Counted from the stretch's first letter, positions 25,976 to 39,945 are shown. The stretch is 64,000 nt of DNA from Octopus sinensis (GCF_006345805.1 NC_042999.1:102052001-102116000), one strand, 5' to 3'. Made by a program: numbers and translations. Notes: a model not told the origin generated them from the sequence alone.

Positions 25976-26689
25976 AACACAATGTGGTGGAAAGTTGCAA
26001 GGAGAGTACGTTGGCTATATTGTAGAAGACGATTTTAATACGAGACATTAGTTGTAACTATGGTAGGAGATAAGACCTATAATAATAATAATCATAACAA
26101 CACAACTAAAAAAAAAGAAAAAAACTGAAAGGACAAACATACCATAAGAAACAAACAAAAAGAAACTAGCTACTTCTACGAAAGAGGTAGATTGTAATTT
26201 TAAAACATCAAAACAAAATACATCACGATGCGAGCAATCTCATTTAAAAGCGTTTCATCTTACGTTTTAATTTTTTTGCTTTTTTTTTTCCTTCAACTAT
26301 CATTGAAGGAGAAAAGGAAAGCAACGAGAAAAATAAGCAATATCAGAAGCAAAAGATGAAATACGAAGAAAGACTGGCTATAAAAATGCAATATTCAAGC
26401 AGTCTTTTAGATAACAAAGAACTACTTCCTTGAAACAGATCGATTCAACCGCACTCAACGTATTAAAAAGATGGACACGGGAAAAATTTCTTTCTGCTAT
26501 TTATAGTTCTTTTGAAATCAATGATTTTATAAAACAGCCGAAACGATGTGGCCGTCTCTCAAGGGTCTCGTTTTCTCTGTGTTTATTTATTTATGTGTTT
26601 ATATATATTTATTTGAATATTCGAATCGAAATGGAGAACAAGTTATTGTATATATAATATTATCAATTATTTATTTATTGACAGCCATC

Positions 26690-26747
26690 ACCAGAACCTT
26701 ATAGAAGCTTCAACTTCTAAGGAATACATACATATATACATAAATAA

Positions 26748-26780
<33 letters not shown>

Positions 26781-27509
26781 TGTATATATATATATATATA
26801 TATATATACATACATACATACATACACACATATATATATATGCAAATGCATACGTATATAAATGACAAGAAACACAAATACTTGCATACACATACTCATA
26901 GACAAAAATATACACGTATATATCAAAGAAAACGGAATATGGGTGTGTGTATATATATAATAAATACACACACACATATACATGAATATATATATATATA
27001 TACAAACATTATAGACACATATCCATATACATGCATACACACATCCATATATATGCATACACACACATTTCCATATACATACATACACACATACATATAC
27101 ATGCATATACATATATCAATACATATATAAATATATCCCTACATATATACATATATACATACATACATACATACATATATATATATATCCATCCATACAT
27201 ATATAGCCATCCATCCATATATAGCCATCCATCCATAAATATATATATATATATCCATATATACATAAATATATATATATATCCATATATACAAAAATAT
27301 ATGTATATATCCATATATACATAAATATATATCCATATATATATATATATATCCATATATCTCTATCCACACACACACACACATATATATATATACTTAT
27401 GTATCCATACATATATATCCATACATATATATATATACATATATATCCATACATATATATATATACATATATATCCATACATACATACATATATCCATAC
27501 ATACATACA

Positions 27510-27542
<33 letters not shown>

Positions 27543-27593
27543 CCATCCATACATACATACATATATCCATACATACATACATATATCCATACA

Positions 27594-27625
<32 letters not shown>

Positions 27626-27830
27626 CATATATATACATACACATATATATCCATACACATACATACATATATATCCATACATATCCATTTATACATACAT
27701 ATCCATACATACACATATATACATATATATATCCATACATACTTATATATACATATATATCCATACATTCATATATATACATATATATCCATACATACGT
27801 ATATATAATATATACACACTCCTCTAGGAA
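26690..27830. repeat. Compound TA/CA/CATA/TATCCA microsatellite-derived array
   Basis: About 1.1 kb; recurring atatatccatacatacatac units in the 3' half. Confidence 0.9.
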
Positions 27831-28513
27831 ACGTATGATCCCTATCTAGTATACTTGAGGACATGGACTACATACACAAACATCCTTATATCCATATATT
27901 TATGTGTTTGCCTATATATATAATCACACACACACACACACACATATATATAGATATATATACATATACACCCTCTCAGCTCCCCAACATGCACATAAAC
28001 ACACTAACCAAAAGAAGACTAGTGATCAGATGTGTTGAGTTTACAATAAAAATGATTACGTGTATGAGCAACGTCGTACATAATTGCATAGAAGCGCTTT
28101 ATATGCAGACCATACCTTATGCACACACACCTTTCTATGTGCGTTTGTGTGTGTATGTATCTGCATATATATGTATATGTAACCCAACACTGGTATAGAT
28201 GTGTGACAGTGTTTATGCATGCATGTACGTAAACATCATGCACTAGAGAACGTGTACGCTAGCATGTTTGCGTTGTTATTTGTTAAGAATAATCCCTTTG
28301 CTAGAATATAAAAGACGTTTGTTAACATAACTGACAAGCATCTCCCAATTCGAATATGGATAGAAAACCATGCTTACGAGTGTCTTTATATGTGCATTGT
28401 CATATATATTATGAAGTGCTCATATTCTGCTTTTGATATTTGGCTGTTTTTACTTGAAGGATTGCGTAATTGGTGAAATGGCATCAATGGCGAAGATTTA
28501 AAAGAATTATTCA

Positions 28514-28656
28514 GGCGCAGGAGTGGCGGTGTGGTAAGTTCTGGGATCAGTCCCACTTCGTAGCACCTTGGGCAAGTGTCTACTACTATAGCCCCGGACC
28601 GACCAAACAAAGCCTTGTGAGTGGATTTTTTGTAGAGGCGAACTGAAAGAAGCCCG

Positions 28657-28721
<65 letters not shown>

Positions 28722-28770
28722 TCTCCCCAATATCGCTTGACAACTGCTGGTGTGTTTACGTTCCCGCAAC
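28514..28770 (+). mobile_element. SINE family A, truncated at the junction with the Penelope-like element
   Basis: ggcgcaggagtggcggtgtggtaag, core, (GT)n, cgcttgacaac..., ending abruptly at gttcccgcaac. Confidence 0.88.
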
Positions 28771-31680
28771 AATAACGACTTCATCAAAGGAGTCTTTAAA
28801 ACTAGGAGAACACCCCCACCAAACAGCCACTTAGACATCTTTGGAAACGAAACATGGGATACCATCAAGAACCTACAATTCAAACGACATCCACTAAGAA
28901 ACAACAACTACCAAAATAACCTAAAATACCTACTACAGAAGTTCAAATCACAAAACGAAATTATTGTTCACTCCGATAAAACAAGTAACTCCTACACTCT
29001 GGATGTTAATTTATACCACCAGCTGCTACATAAGGAAGTTACAAAAAAAATGCAAAATAGCACCGGATATCACCTTAAGATCCATGAACTTAGCAGCCAA
29101 GGATATTATGACAGACTACAACTTAGAGGACAAAACTGAATCCTTCGTTCTATTCAGATCTCGCATCACACTAAAAGATCATAAACCCAATTTTTTAACT
29201 GATACTAAAGTAAGATTGATATGCCGAAATAAGTCGGACCTATGTAAATTAAGTAAACTAATACTCGACAAATACATTCCTAAGTTAAAAAGTAGAATAG
29301 CCCTAGAACTATGGTCCAACACATATGAAGCCCTAAACTGGTTCTCCAATATACAGAACACGATGGAATACAAATTCATACAGATAGACATAGTAGATTA
29401 CTACTTCTCAATTAACCCGACGATCCTAAATAGCGCCCTTATACTCGCCAAAAATCACACGCATTTAACTATGAAGGAAATAAAAGTAATACTAGAAGCG
29501 AGGAAATCAGTTTTAATAAACATAGGGTACGAAAGGACTCCATCAACTCTTTTGATAACACCATGGGAGCCCCAGATTCAGAACAGGCAACTGACCTGGT
29601 GGGCTATCATACATACAGGAAGAATCCTCAGAACTCAAGGGTGGATTATACAGGGACGATGCGCTTTTTATAATAAATAAACCCTCAAATAGGATACTAG
29701 AACTTATTAAGAAAAAAACTACAGAAATTCTTTAAAAGATTTGGAGTATCTACTTCTATAGAAAAGGAACACAACTCCATTTACTACTTAGACGCAAACT
29801 GCAATTTAGCCACAGGACTCCACGAATCCTACAAGCACAACAAAAATAATAGCAATAGAAAAAATGTTAAGTCCCATACATAAATCACCAATAATATTAC
29901 AAACAACGACAACATGAATACCAACAATGTGATAATCAATAAAATTAACAACATCAACAAGACTAATAACACGAATTATAAAAAATAAATTGAAAAATAA
30001 TAATAGCTATAATAAGAATAATATAAACCTACACACGGATAAGAATCAAAATAAAGGGCCCCAAAGAACAAAGATAAACCATGTTAAAAACCACAACACT
30101 AGGTCATTGAGTCCACATAAACCATACAGAAATAACCCTAATAAAACTGACAGAAGCAATAGTAAAGATAAACCCAACTATAGGAATAAACTTGATAGCC
30201 ATAATTACAATTTCACACGCCTTACACGCAATGAGGGTGGTTTCTATACCAGATACAGCAATACTAAAAATAAATGTAGTCCCTTTCGCCATGCACCTCA
30301 AAGCCAACATAGTTCGCTCATTAACGAAACTAATAGATAAACACTTAAACATAAATAATAAATATGCAGCAATATTTAGGAATAAAATTAGCCCACAGCC
30401 TGACTAGTCACCTAGCTACCATCATAGCCTCGATTAATAATAAAAAAAGCTAGACACATTCTACGAAGCAAGGAAAATTAGGAACAATAAATATAACCAC
30501 CAATAGACTAATAGAATAAATCCCAGCACTAATGAAGCGCCTCCTAGTAACACAAAGACCAGAGTAGTAATAGCCCCCCCCCACAACACACGAACACAAA
30601 TATACCTAATAATTTATGCGGCTGTAGAGATAGAAATAAGTGCCAATTCTCTAATAGATGTAAGACTAAAAACGTAGTTTACCAATATGATGTACACACA
30701 AATAACCGTATAAAATCCTATATAGGAACCACGAAAAACCAAATGATACTTAGGTACAACGCCCACCAATCTTCAGAAATAGGAGTAAGGCAAATTCAAC
30801 AGGGCTTAGTAGCTATATCTGAGAGCTTAAGAACAAAAGATAGAATATAGATTAGAATGGCGCATACTCGCAAAACAACTTCTTACAACTCTCCAACAGC
30901 TGGTGTGATCTCTATTTAACCGAACGCCCGGAAATTCTAACGGCTAAACCACCTCTTCTTAATAGAAAATATGAGAACATTATTTTTTGTCCACATATAA
31001 GCCCTTTTGTCTTTTCCAAGTATCAGTAAACCCGCTCGACCCTGTACAAACCCTACGGTAGCATCTTCATCTAAATAATCCCATTTAGCCGGGAACCACT
31101 TAAACTACTTACAAGCAAACATTCACCTCCCAACCCCCACTCGCTTTACACAATCATAATAACTTATTTTACACCTACACAGGGCTCCCCTCATTACTAC
31201 GAACTTTCGTACAACTTTAAGTCCAAAAGACACATAAATTCCTTACTCACACCGGACTGAGTAATCCGGATAGTGTTAGCCCCCTTTTCACCATGAGTTA
31301 GAGTTAACTCCCTTTCTTTACAGCGCCGGGGAAAATAAACACATGCAAAATATGCGCTTACTTAAACTTAGGACATATCAAAATAACCTCCATCTTACAT
31401 CCACTTCGCAGCAGAATTATCAACTATGAAATCTACTATAATGTAAGACTCACCATTCTTTGTCTTTATTCTCGTTACCAATGTATCCCTATGCCTTTCG
31501 CTCTTCTTACCTCTACATATGACTATGCATTCTGATGATGTCTACCACTACAACTGGTAAGCAGAAACGATCGCAAATGTACTATTACTACCACTTTTCT
31601 TTATTAATTAATTAAATTAATGGCTTACTAGCGCAAACGACCAACTTCTTCCTGTTATTTTTCCTCCATTTTCTTCTTAC
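28771..31680 (+). mobile_element. Penelope-like retroelement (RT + C-terminal GIY-YIG), decayed, 5'-truncated
   Basis: SDKTSN, ITLKDHKPNF, FIQIDIVDYY, FDNTMGA/DSEQATDLVG, GLYRDD (29649-29660), YYLDAN, LIDKHL, CGCRDRNKC..VVY...YIG (about 30617-30727), WCDLYLTER..LLNRKYE..CPH, stop at 31027-31029; several frameshifts; 3' end approximate. Confidence 0.92.
31526..31581 (+). ncRNA. Type I hammerhead ribozyme fold in the PLE 3' region (likely inactive)
   Basis: Stem I tgcatt/aatgta, CTGATGA (31532-31538), stem II tgtctacca/tggtaagca, GAAA (31564-31567), palindromic stem III cgatcg, cleavage site GCA instead of GUH. Confidence 0.75.
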
Positions 31681-31684
31681 ACAC

Positions 31685-31803
<119 letters not shown>

Positions 31804-31889
31804 AAAAAATACACTGGTTTATTTTGAGTTTGCTAGTGTTAACAATACTCGCAAATAAACTGAAAGAAATCTGTCATATATATATGTAT

Positions 31890-32155
31890 ATATCTGTGTG
31901 TGTTTGTGTTTGTGTGTGTGTGTGTGTGTGTGTGCGTGTGTGAGTTTGTGTCTGTCTCCCTATCACCGCTTGACAACCGGTATTGGTGTGATTACGCCCG
32001 AATAACTTAGCGGTTCGGCAAAAGGTACCGATATAAGTACTATGCTTAAAAAAAATAAAATAAAGTCCTGGGGCCGATTTGCTTGACCCAAACCCTTGAA
32101 GGCAGTGCTTCACCATGGCCGCAGTCGAATTACTGAAACAAAAAAAAAAGAATAA
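31890..32155 (+). mobile_element. SINE family A, 3' half
   Basis: (GT)n, ccgcttgacaaccgg...catggccgcagtcgaattactgaaaca. Confidence 0.85.
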
Positions 32156-32166
32156 CATACACACAT

Positions 32167-32363
32167 AGGTTTATACTTTAAATTATTGGGACCCTAGGAT
32201 ACGTAACACACTGCCTAAATACCAATCCTGAGAAATTAGGCGTCTCAAAACCAGAAAGGAGAAAGCTAATTCGAAGACTACAGATCCAATCCATCACTGG
32301 AAGTGTAGAAATCTGTAGAACTTTCCAGACGTTTATCATTTAAATATATATGAGCATGTCTAG
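32167..32363 (+). pseudogene. 3' end of an RLE-type (NeSL/CRE-like) non-LTR retrotransposon
   Basis: IIGTLGYVTHCLNTNPEKLGVSKPERRKLIRRLQIQSITGSVEICRTFQTFII* resembles the C-terminal IIVGALG...LQ..S..G.VKICKTF tail of restriction-like-endonuclease LINEs. Confidence 0.6.
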
Positions 32364-32559
32364 ATATGCAACCATATGCATGAGAGTACATACATAAAGC
32401 AAAACATACAAATATGCACATATACATACATGCATGCATGCATACATACCAACAAAAATACCCTGTGGTTTATGTTGAAATTCCAATGAAGGTGCCTTGA
32501 ATCTAGGTTAGAAACCGGCTCTTTATCGTCGAGAAATCTTGGAATAAAATTGAACAATG

Positions 32560-32608
<49 letters not shown>

Positions 32609-34136
32609 TATGGACACACACGTACAATGGGCTTCCACACGCTTTCCGTCTACCAAATTCAGTCACAAGGTGTAAATAAATTATCACCATGCGAAACACA
32701 GAGGTGATGCATAGATTATCTGCTTACATGAAGACAACAACTTGCAATTTTATAATGAATTCAGTTATACGAAAATGTTTCCGTCGATGTCATTTTATCA
32801 ATCAATCAAAATACCCTTTATTGTGACAACAAAGTAGTTTTAGCTTCTAGTAAATGAATGAATTCTACATGTTTTGAATTATCACAAACGGTTACGTTTA
32901 TACAAGCCAATACTCCACGACTATTCACATCAATCTTACATCACGGGTAGAAAGTACTCCGCTCGGATAATTTGTCCTTGAAACATTATATGAATAAAAT
33001 TTTTAGTGCTGTCGCAAAGAAACTTTGGATTATAGAGATATACATGATATGCATACAATCATCTATATACATAGTAAACTAGTATGCGTGCATACACGTG
33101 CATGTATGCCCGTGTGTATTAGTGTATTATTTATACTAACTGTTCTGTTGCGGTCTATTTATAATGACGGAAAATACGTTTACTTAAACGTATTACAATG
33201 ATAATAAATAAAGTTAAAACAGAGAAAAACTGCGTTAATTTTTAAAAGGAGTATATTTACATGTTGCAACAGACTTTGCGTTGAACTTAGGTGTTTCTGT
33301 ATGTTAGCGGTAGAACGACAAAGGACGTCACAATCAGACTTATATTAACAAAAATTAGTAACATGAAAAAAATTAATATATAAAAGTATTGAAGTCCCCC
33401 AAAGAAAAGAGCAGATGCAATAGAAACGCAATAAGTTCAGAAACGTATGTGTTCAACACAAAATATATTACAAGTCAATATTCGATTTGAAAATAACACA
33501 CACACACACATATCACCCAAATAAGATTGGAGTTATCTCATTTTGCGTGCCACGAAATATATAAATGCACAACGGCATTTATTATAAACGTGATCACGTC
33601 TATATATTTTTTTCAAATGCTTGTGTATATCACATCAAGAAAGCACAAAGCACACGCATACAGAGCTTGTCACAATGCTTTTTCAATTTACGACCACCGA
33701 GCACAGTTTGAAAGCTGACATCTGATATTACAAATCCACCATCGAATCATCATTGCAGGAATATTTCATTTCCTTTACACCCACCCCACTTCATTCAACT
33801 TAATATTTTCTTGTTTTCTTTCATTTTCTTGATTCCGTTTTGCAAATTCACTGCCTGCCAGTCAGTTTACCATTGTGCAAATTTCGCCTCCACCCATTTT
33901 TGCTAAAATATGTTTGTATGTAACAACTTCAACAGCATTTTTTCTTTTACATATTTCATTGAGATTCATTTACTTTATGTTTTTGATGGCACAATTTCCT
34001 TGGATTCTTCCTCCCACCACCCTATCTTTCTCATATATACATACGTGTATATATATTTATATATACACACATGCATATGTGCGCGTGCGTGATTATCCAT
34101 GAATTCGAATATGTGCATGAGAGTGTGTGTATGTGT

Positions 34137-34178
<42 letters not shown>

Positions 34179-35339
34179 GAGAGAGAGTTTGTAAATATCA
34201 AATAATTCTTACAAATATAAATTTGACCAGAGGGAGAAATTTCTTCCAATTTCTCTTTCATAAGTTACCAAATCAAGATTGCAAAGAATTCACACGAGAG
34301 ATATAAAGCAACACTGAAAAGATACACTATCATCAGCACCAACATCATAACCGTCATCAGCAACGTCACAACCAACAGCAGCACAACCTTCACCAACAGC
34401 ATCTCTACCAACACCAACACCACAACAACAATGATGTCCTTTCTCTTCGTCTCTCCTCATTCTCTCTAGACATCTGTTTCTTCCTCAATTTCATTCATAT
34501 TATTTCTTCTTTTATAGCTTTGTAAACATATCTTCTTTCTCTCTCCTTCTGTCACTCATATATTCATGAGAGTATGCTATATACATTTATATATATATAT
34601 GCAGATATAAATATATGTATAAATGTTTATGCATTTGTGCGTGTGTGTGTATATATATATATATACACGTATAGACACACATACACATACAAATAATATC
34701 AAATATATACAGGCATTACTCCATTTCTCACAGCCTTCTCTCATTGTCTGCTTATTCATTTATTCCGAGCTCCCATCTCAATGTCGGTCCTATAATATAG
34801 ATAAGCATATATGTTTGTTGCATTTCATTATATATATATATATTATATATATATATATGCATATATACAAACATATACGTACTACACACACCATGGATCC
34901 AATGTCTTGTTGATGTAATTCCATTTTAAGAAATTTTCAGTGTAGCCAATAAATTATCAACGCTATATACGTTTATTGTTCACGATCTTTAATGTATATA
35001 TTTCTATTATTCTGTTTTTTCTTTATAGTCTTTCATTTTTGTGTCGTTATTGATGCTGTTAATAATTGCATTAAGCTAATTCAAAATTTCCCGTATTCAA
35101 ACATCATATAATTTAAAAGAGTAAAACTTTCTCTCTCTATTCATATACATTTGAATAACAAGCTATTGGATAACCGGAAGTAGTTAATGTTTACTCATCA
35201 GTATATTCTGGTCTCTTTTAAATTTGGCGCGAAAATGATGAAAAAGTACTCAATACAGGGAAGTAGGAAGAAGTAAGATTTATTCAAAGTTGAATCTAAG
35301 GTGAGTCGCTCTGAAGTACCGAGTTTGTGCTTCAGCACA

Positions 35340-35550
35340 GCGGGCTTCCTCGCCGTTTCCGTCTACGAGGTTCACTCACAAAGTTTTGGCCGAGTCGAAG
35401 CGATAGGCATTAGGATCTATCTAACATGGAATGATTTCGAAGCGAACTTCTTATTCATATGACTGAATAATTAAGAAGTTCGTCTCACAATCACATATCC
35501 CAGGTTCGATCTCACTGTGCGGTATCTTACGGAAATGTCATTGTATTGCA
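35340..35550. mobile_element. Two divergently oriented SINE family A 5' fragments
   Basis: Minus piece cgggcttc..ttccgtctac..ttcactcacaaag; plus piece ttaagaagttcgtctcacaatcac..caggttcgatctcactg. Confidence 0.55.
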
Positions 35551-36119
35551 AAGACTAATTATTATTTATTATAAATTATTATATAATAATAATTTATTAC
35601 TATTACTTGTCAGGTTAGTGATTTGATCTGAGACCGTGTGTTGAAACTAAAATGGGTGCAACCCGGAAGGCACATTTTAACCATTCGAAAACACCCAAAG
35701 ACTTCACTTAAACATTTGTTGTTAGTTATTTGGTATCAAAACCTTCGTCTCGTGCATTGCAATCTGGTCACTGACAACATTACACTGCAGTTGACAGGAC
35801 AAAAATGTTGACACCAAATAACAAATGATAAATGTGTAAGTTAACAGTCATTGTGTGTTGTTTTGAGTGGCTGATATGCGTCTTCTACGCTGCAATTGTT
35901 TATTATTTATCCTTATTGGAAAAAGATAAAATCCCGAAAAAACATAAAGGAATAAAGAAAAAGAAAAAAGAAAAAGGTTTAGGCAGCAAGTCAGTAGCAG
36001 AAAAACGAGAGCGATATTTAGTCGTATCCATCCAATTATGTCAAATGCTGGTGTCCATATACTTGACATCAAGAGCGAAAGAATGCATAATCGACTGTTC
36101 CTTCTCTCAAAATGTATGG

Positions 36120-36290
36120 CATGACAAAATGCTTAGCGGCATTTCTTTCGGCTCTTTATGTTCGGAGTTGAAATTCCGCAGAGGTCGTCTTTGCCTTTCA
36201 TCTTTTCAGAGTCGATAAAATAAGAGCCGATGTATTCGTCTTTCCTACTTCCCTCAAAATTGTTGGCCTTGAACCAAAATTAGAAAGAAT
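36120..36290 (+). mobile_element. SINE family B
   Basis: aaaatgcttagcggcatttc...ttgcctttcatc...ttggccttgaaccaaaattagaaa. Confidence 0.75.
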
Positions 36291-36599
36291 CATTATTATG
36301 GTACGAATAAACGGACATGCTGTGAACATACACTTTTAGATTAGGAGGAAGACTGACTGGGGAGGGTGCTTGTCAGAATCATTAAGGTGACTGTGCTTTT
36401 GAGGTGTTTCTGGGAAGAACCCTGAGGGCTCTCCCCCTTTGGAGAATTTTTCGTTGAAATTTTCGTTGCTTTGTTGTAGTACTGTGAACACATACAGACC
36501 CTTCCGGGATTTTTTCTGCTTTACACACAGCATCAACTCTTCCATCAAATGAAAAAAGATAGAAAATCCAATTCATTGAAGATTGGGTCGCCGACCACC

Positions 36600-37100
36600 A
36601 CCGTCATTCTTTTCTTCGTCCTTACTGAAACCCACTTTCATAATTTGGAAGCTGAAGTAAAAGTGAGGAATTTTACCATTCGCAAGGACCATATTGGCAG
36701 AAGAAATGGAGGAGTTCCCATTTTCCTACACAACTCATTTACTGCAGATACAAATATTTCATTCTCCAATCTGTAAATCAGTATCTATATATAACAAAAC
36801 CTATGATTTAATTATAATTAGGTTCTTCAGGTCAACCCAAGCACCTCTTCTGTGCTTCAAAGAGTGCCTACAAAATATTAAGTTTATTTTATCCATTATT
36901 TAATGATAGGTGATTTCAATTTCTTTTCTGTTGAATGATCTCCTCATACCTTGTAAACAGGTATGTGCATTTCAACCACAGGCAAATTAGCATTGGAATC
37001 ACTTTTTAAGTTCGTGGACAATTTCTGAGTATCGCAACTCGTGTTCGTGCCAACGAGGTTTAATAAAAGTACATTCGACTTAGTGTAAAGTAAACACGCT
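36600..37100 (+). pseudogene. LINE AP-endonuclease fragment (CR1/L2-like)
   Basis: VLTETHFHNLEAEVKVRNFTIRKDHIGRRNGGVPIFL and a later MIGDFNF are conserved APE motifs; frameshifted. Confidence 0.75.
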
Positions 37101-37759
37101 AACACTACCCATAATATTGCAGCGAAAACAAACGAACAAAAGAAATTTTTCTTTCTAACCATGACATGGTTCTCTGTAGCATGAGATTCCGGCAGCCAAA
37201 GGTGATACTTAAGAATCTCATTCCAGTACACTGTTATCACTTGCTGGATCTTCACATTGCTACCTGGAGTGCAATCACTCATTATCTTCCACTCGTTGAT
37301 TGGTCTTTCACACACTCTCACCCCAACCAACATCAATACATCCTGAAGTTATTTGTGGATACTGTTATAAATATATGTTCATACCACAACCCACTATGGT
37401 CCATGAACAAAACGAAACACAAGCTACCTCGAAATAGAAAAAACACTTAAAAGGAAAATTTTTTTAATGTTTTAAAGCAATCAACCGACTGGAATATTGC
37501 CATCGGCAATACCCTCAATTGCCAGATATAGCTTTGCTCGAATCCAAAAATTATAATCTTCAAAATTGCATTAAGATTGTCATCGATAATCAAAGAACAG
37601 CACAGAAGAACTGGACCTTTGAAAAATAAAACTCAATTCCGAAAAGTGTTTTTTTTTTTTTCATTCGCCATAAATGCAAGGTTGTTGTTTTATCTGTTAA
37701 ACCTCTGACTGATGAAAACAGTGATGCAGACGGCATAGGTGAGATTCTGCAGAAAGAAT

Positions 37760-37828
<69 letters not shown>

Positions 37829-37920
37829 GAATGTGTCCAATCAATTCCCAGTATGGAACAAGGACGTTAAATGATGACGGCAACGATGATGATGATACAT
37901 ATATTGCATATGTATATATA

Positions 37921-39165
37921 GACATGACTGAAGTAAACAGGACATCCCATAACACATCGTTTATGCTTATTTTAACTTGAAAAGGTTTATATTTTTTCAT
38001 TAATTGACATATTTATGTTTCAGGTTCTATATGTGACTGTTTAATCATGCCACATAGAAAAGAAGGCTTCGAACTGTCTGTCTGAATTTCAAAAAGGCCG
38101 TATTGTGAGTCAATCTGAAGGTGGACCTAATCAGAGTAAAATCGCAGGAAACCGTGGGATCCCACTTTCTACAATTAATAGAGTGATTGTGCAATTCACC
38201 AAGGTGGGCAGAGTGTCTGCATTACCTCACCTAGGTCGACCAGGGCCCGCTGACAGGACCTTTTGTTTTGTTAAGAGAAGTGTGGAGGATAATCCTCGTT
38301 GCAAGGCCTCTGACATAGCATAACAAGTTGATGTCAATCTCAGAACAGCTGTCAGGTATCTCCACAAACTTGGTTACTATGGCAGAACAGCAAGAAGGAA
38401 GCCATTTCTTCGACCAGGCAATATTAAGTGAAGAAAAGATTGGGCCAATGAGATGATGGAGAGATCACTGACGTTGTGACAGTCATATTCTCTGATGAGT
38501 CCAAATTTGCTGTATTTTCTGACAGTGATCGGATGTGTGTCTGGAGACTCTGTGATCAAAAATTTCACGCGAAAAGATTGCAGCCAATAATGAAACACGA
38601 CCGCTATTCTGTGATGGTTATGGGCGCAATTTGGAGCAATGGTCGATCAGAGATGGTGGAGAGTGAGGGAAACATAAACTCCGATAAATATATGTCCATA
38701 TTATAGAAAGAACTCCTGCCAATCTTCTCCAGTGGTGAAATGATTAAAGAAGACTATTTATGGAAGATGGAGCTTTTTGTCACAACGGCTAAAACGACCC
38801 AAGGTTGGTTGTAAGAGAGTGGCATTAACATGTTTCCATGACCAAGCCAGTTACCAGATATGAACCCTGTTGGATACCGCTGGGTCATCATAATGGACAT
38901 AACATTTCATAAGAAGAACAACAAAGCATACTCAAAGTCAGATCTTTTGAGATTACTGCATGAAACTTGGCAAGAAATTCCTCGAGAGAATATTCTTCAT
39001 CCGATCAGTAGCATGTCTAATAGGATCCATGCATTGAAAAATGTAAAGGGCATGTCCTCTAATATGAGATGTTCATATAATAGTTAGTAAATAATTTGAA
39101 TGTATAATTTCAGGTTTAAATTAATTTTAAGGAATATGAGGGTATCTATTTATTTCTGTCGTGTG
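37921..39165 (+). mobile_element. Tc1/mariner DNA transposon (Tc1-type), full length, inactivated
   Basis: ATG at 38047, [26 protein letters not shown]-like VMGAIW, EDGAFCH, WPSQLPDMNPVGYRW; degenerate ~27-bp TIRs gacatgactgaagtaaacaggacatccc / rc cacacgacagaaataaatagataccctc; left flank TA; multiple stops. Confidence 0.92.
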
Positions 39166-39269
39166 TGTGTGTGTGTATAATATAGAAAGATATACATATA
39201 TGTGTCAAGTCACTTGTGAGGTTTCTCATGAGTACTAGCAGTAATATCGAGTCCAGTAGAACTTGTTTC

Positions 39270-39590
39270 ATTGTCGGGTCGTCGGCGACTAGACCGGTAC
39301 CCCCACTAGGTTGCCCGGTGAGGAGGGTTGGCAGAGACACAGCAGAACTAGAAAACAAAACCTGTCAAAAGGACGGATGAACCTTGTGTAATTTCAAATA
39401 CTATCAAGCAATATTACAAGCCTTCAGAAATTCCGGTTTGGTGCCCAGCGTGCTGGAAGTGAGGCAGTCTTTAGGTTTTGTCTCTAGAACTCGCTTCAAA
39501 CTCAGGCCACGTCTGCTACGTTCATCGGTGGTGACTTGGACAGCGTATCCTCTGCGACGGTCGACTAACGACTGAAAGATGAGCTGCTAT
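39270..39590 (+). mobile_element. Possible RTE-like 5' UTR fragment
   Basis: GC-rich ccccactaggttgcccggtgaggaggg...aaaacctgtcaaaaggacggatga; recognition only. Confidence 0.3.
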
Positions 39591-39733
39591 GGATTACACT
39601 ATCCCAATGTGTGTACACATGTGACCGGGGACCACATGTGAACTTGTATTCCCACTGAAACTCTGAACACATCGGAGCCGGCTCAAGTCACTCCGAGTGA
39701 AAACAGCTGCAAGTAATATATACATAATTTGTG

Positions 39734-39769
<36 letters not shown>

Positions 39770-39945
39770 TACACAAACACACATACAAACGCGCACGCAC
39801 GCACATATACTTATGGATATCCATATATACACATTATACATGTATGCGTATATGATGAGTGTATGTGCTGATACACACATATACGTACATACACACTCAC
39901 ATTCATGTTTGTTCATGTACATATAATATATAAACATTCATTTAT

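Noticed and set aside
38490-38510. ctgatgag motif
   Set aside because: It is the SDES codons of the Tc1 catalytic motif, not a ribozyme core.
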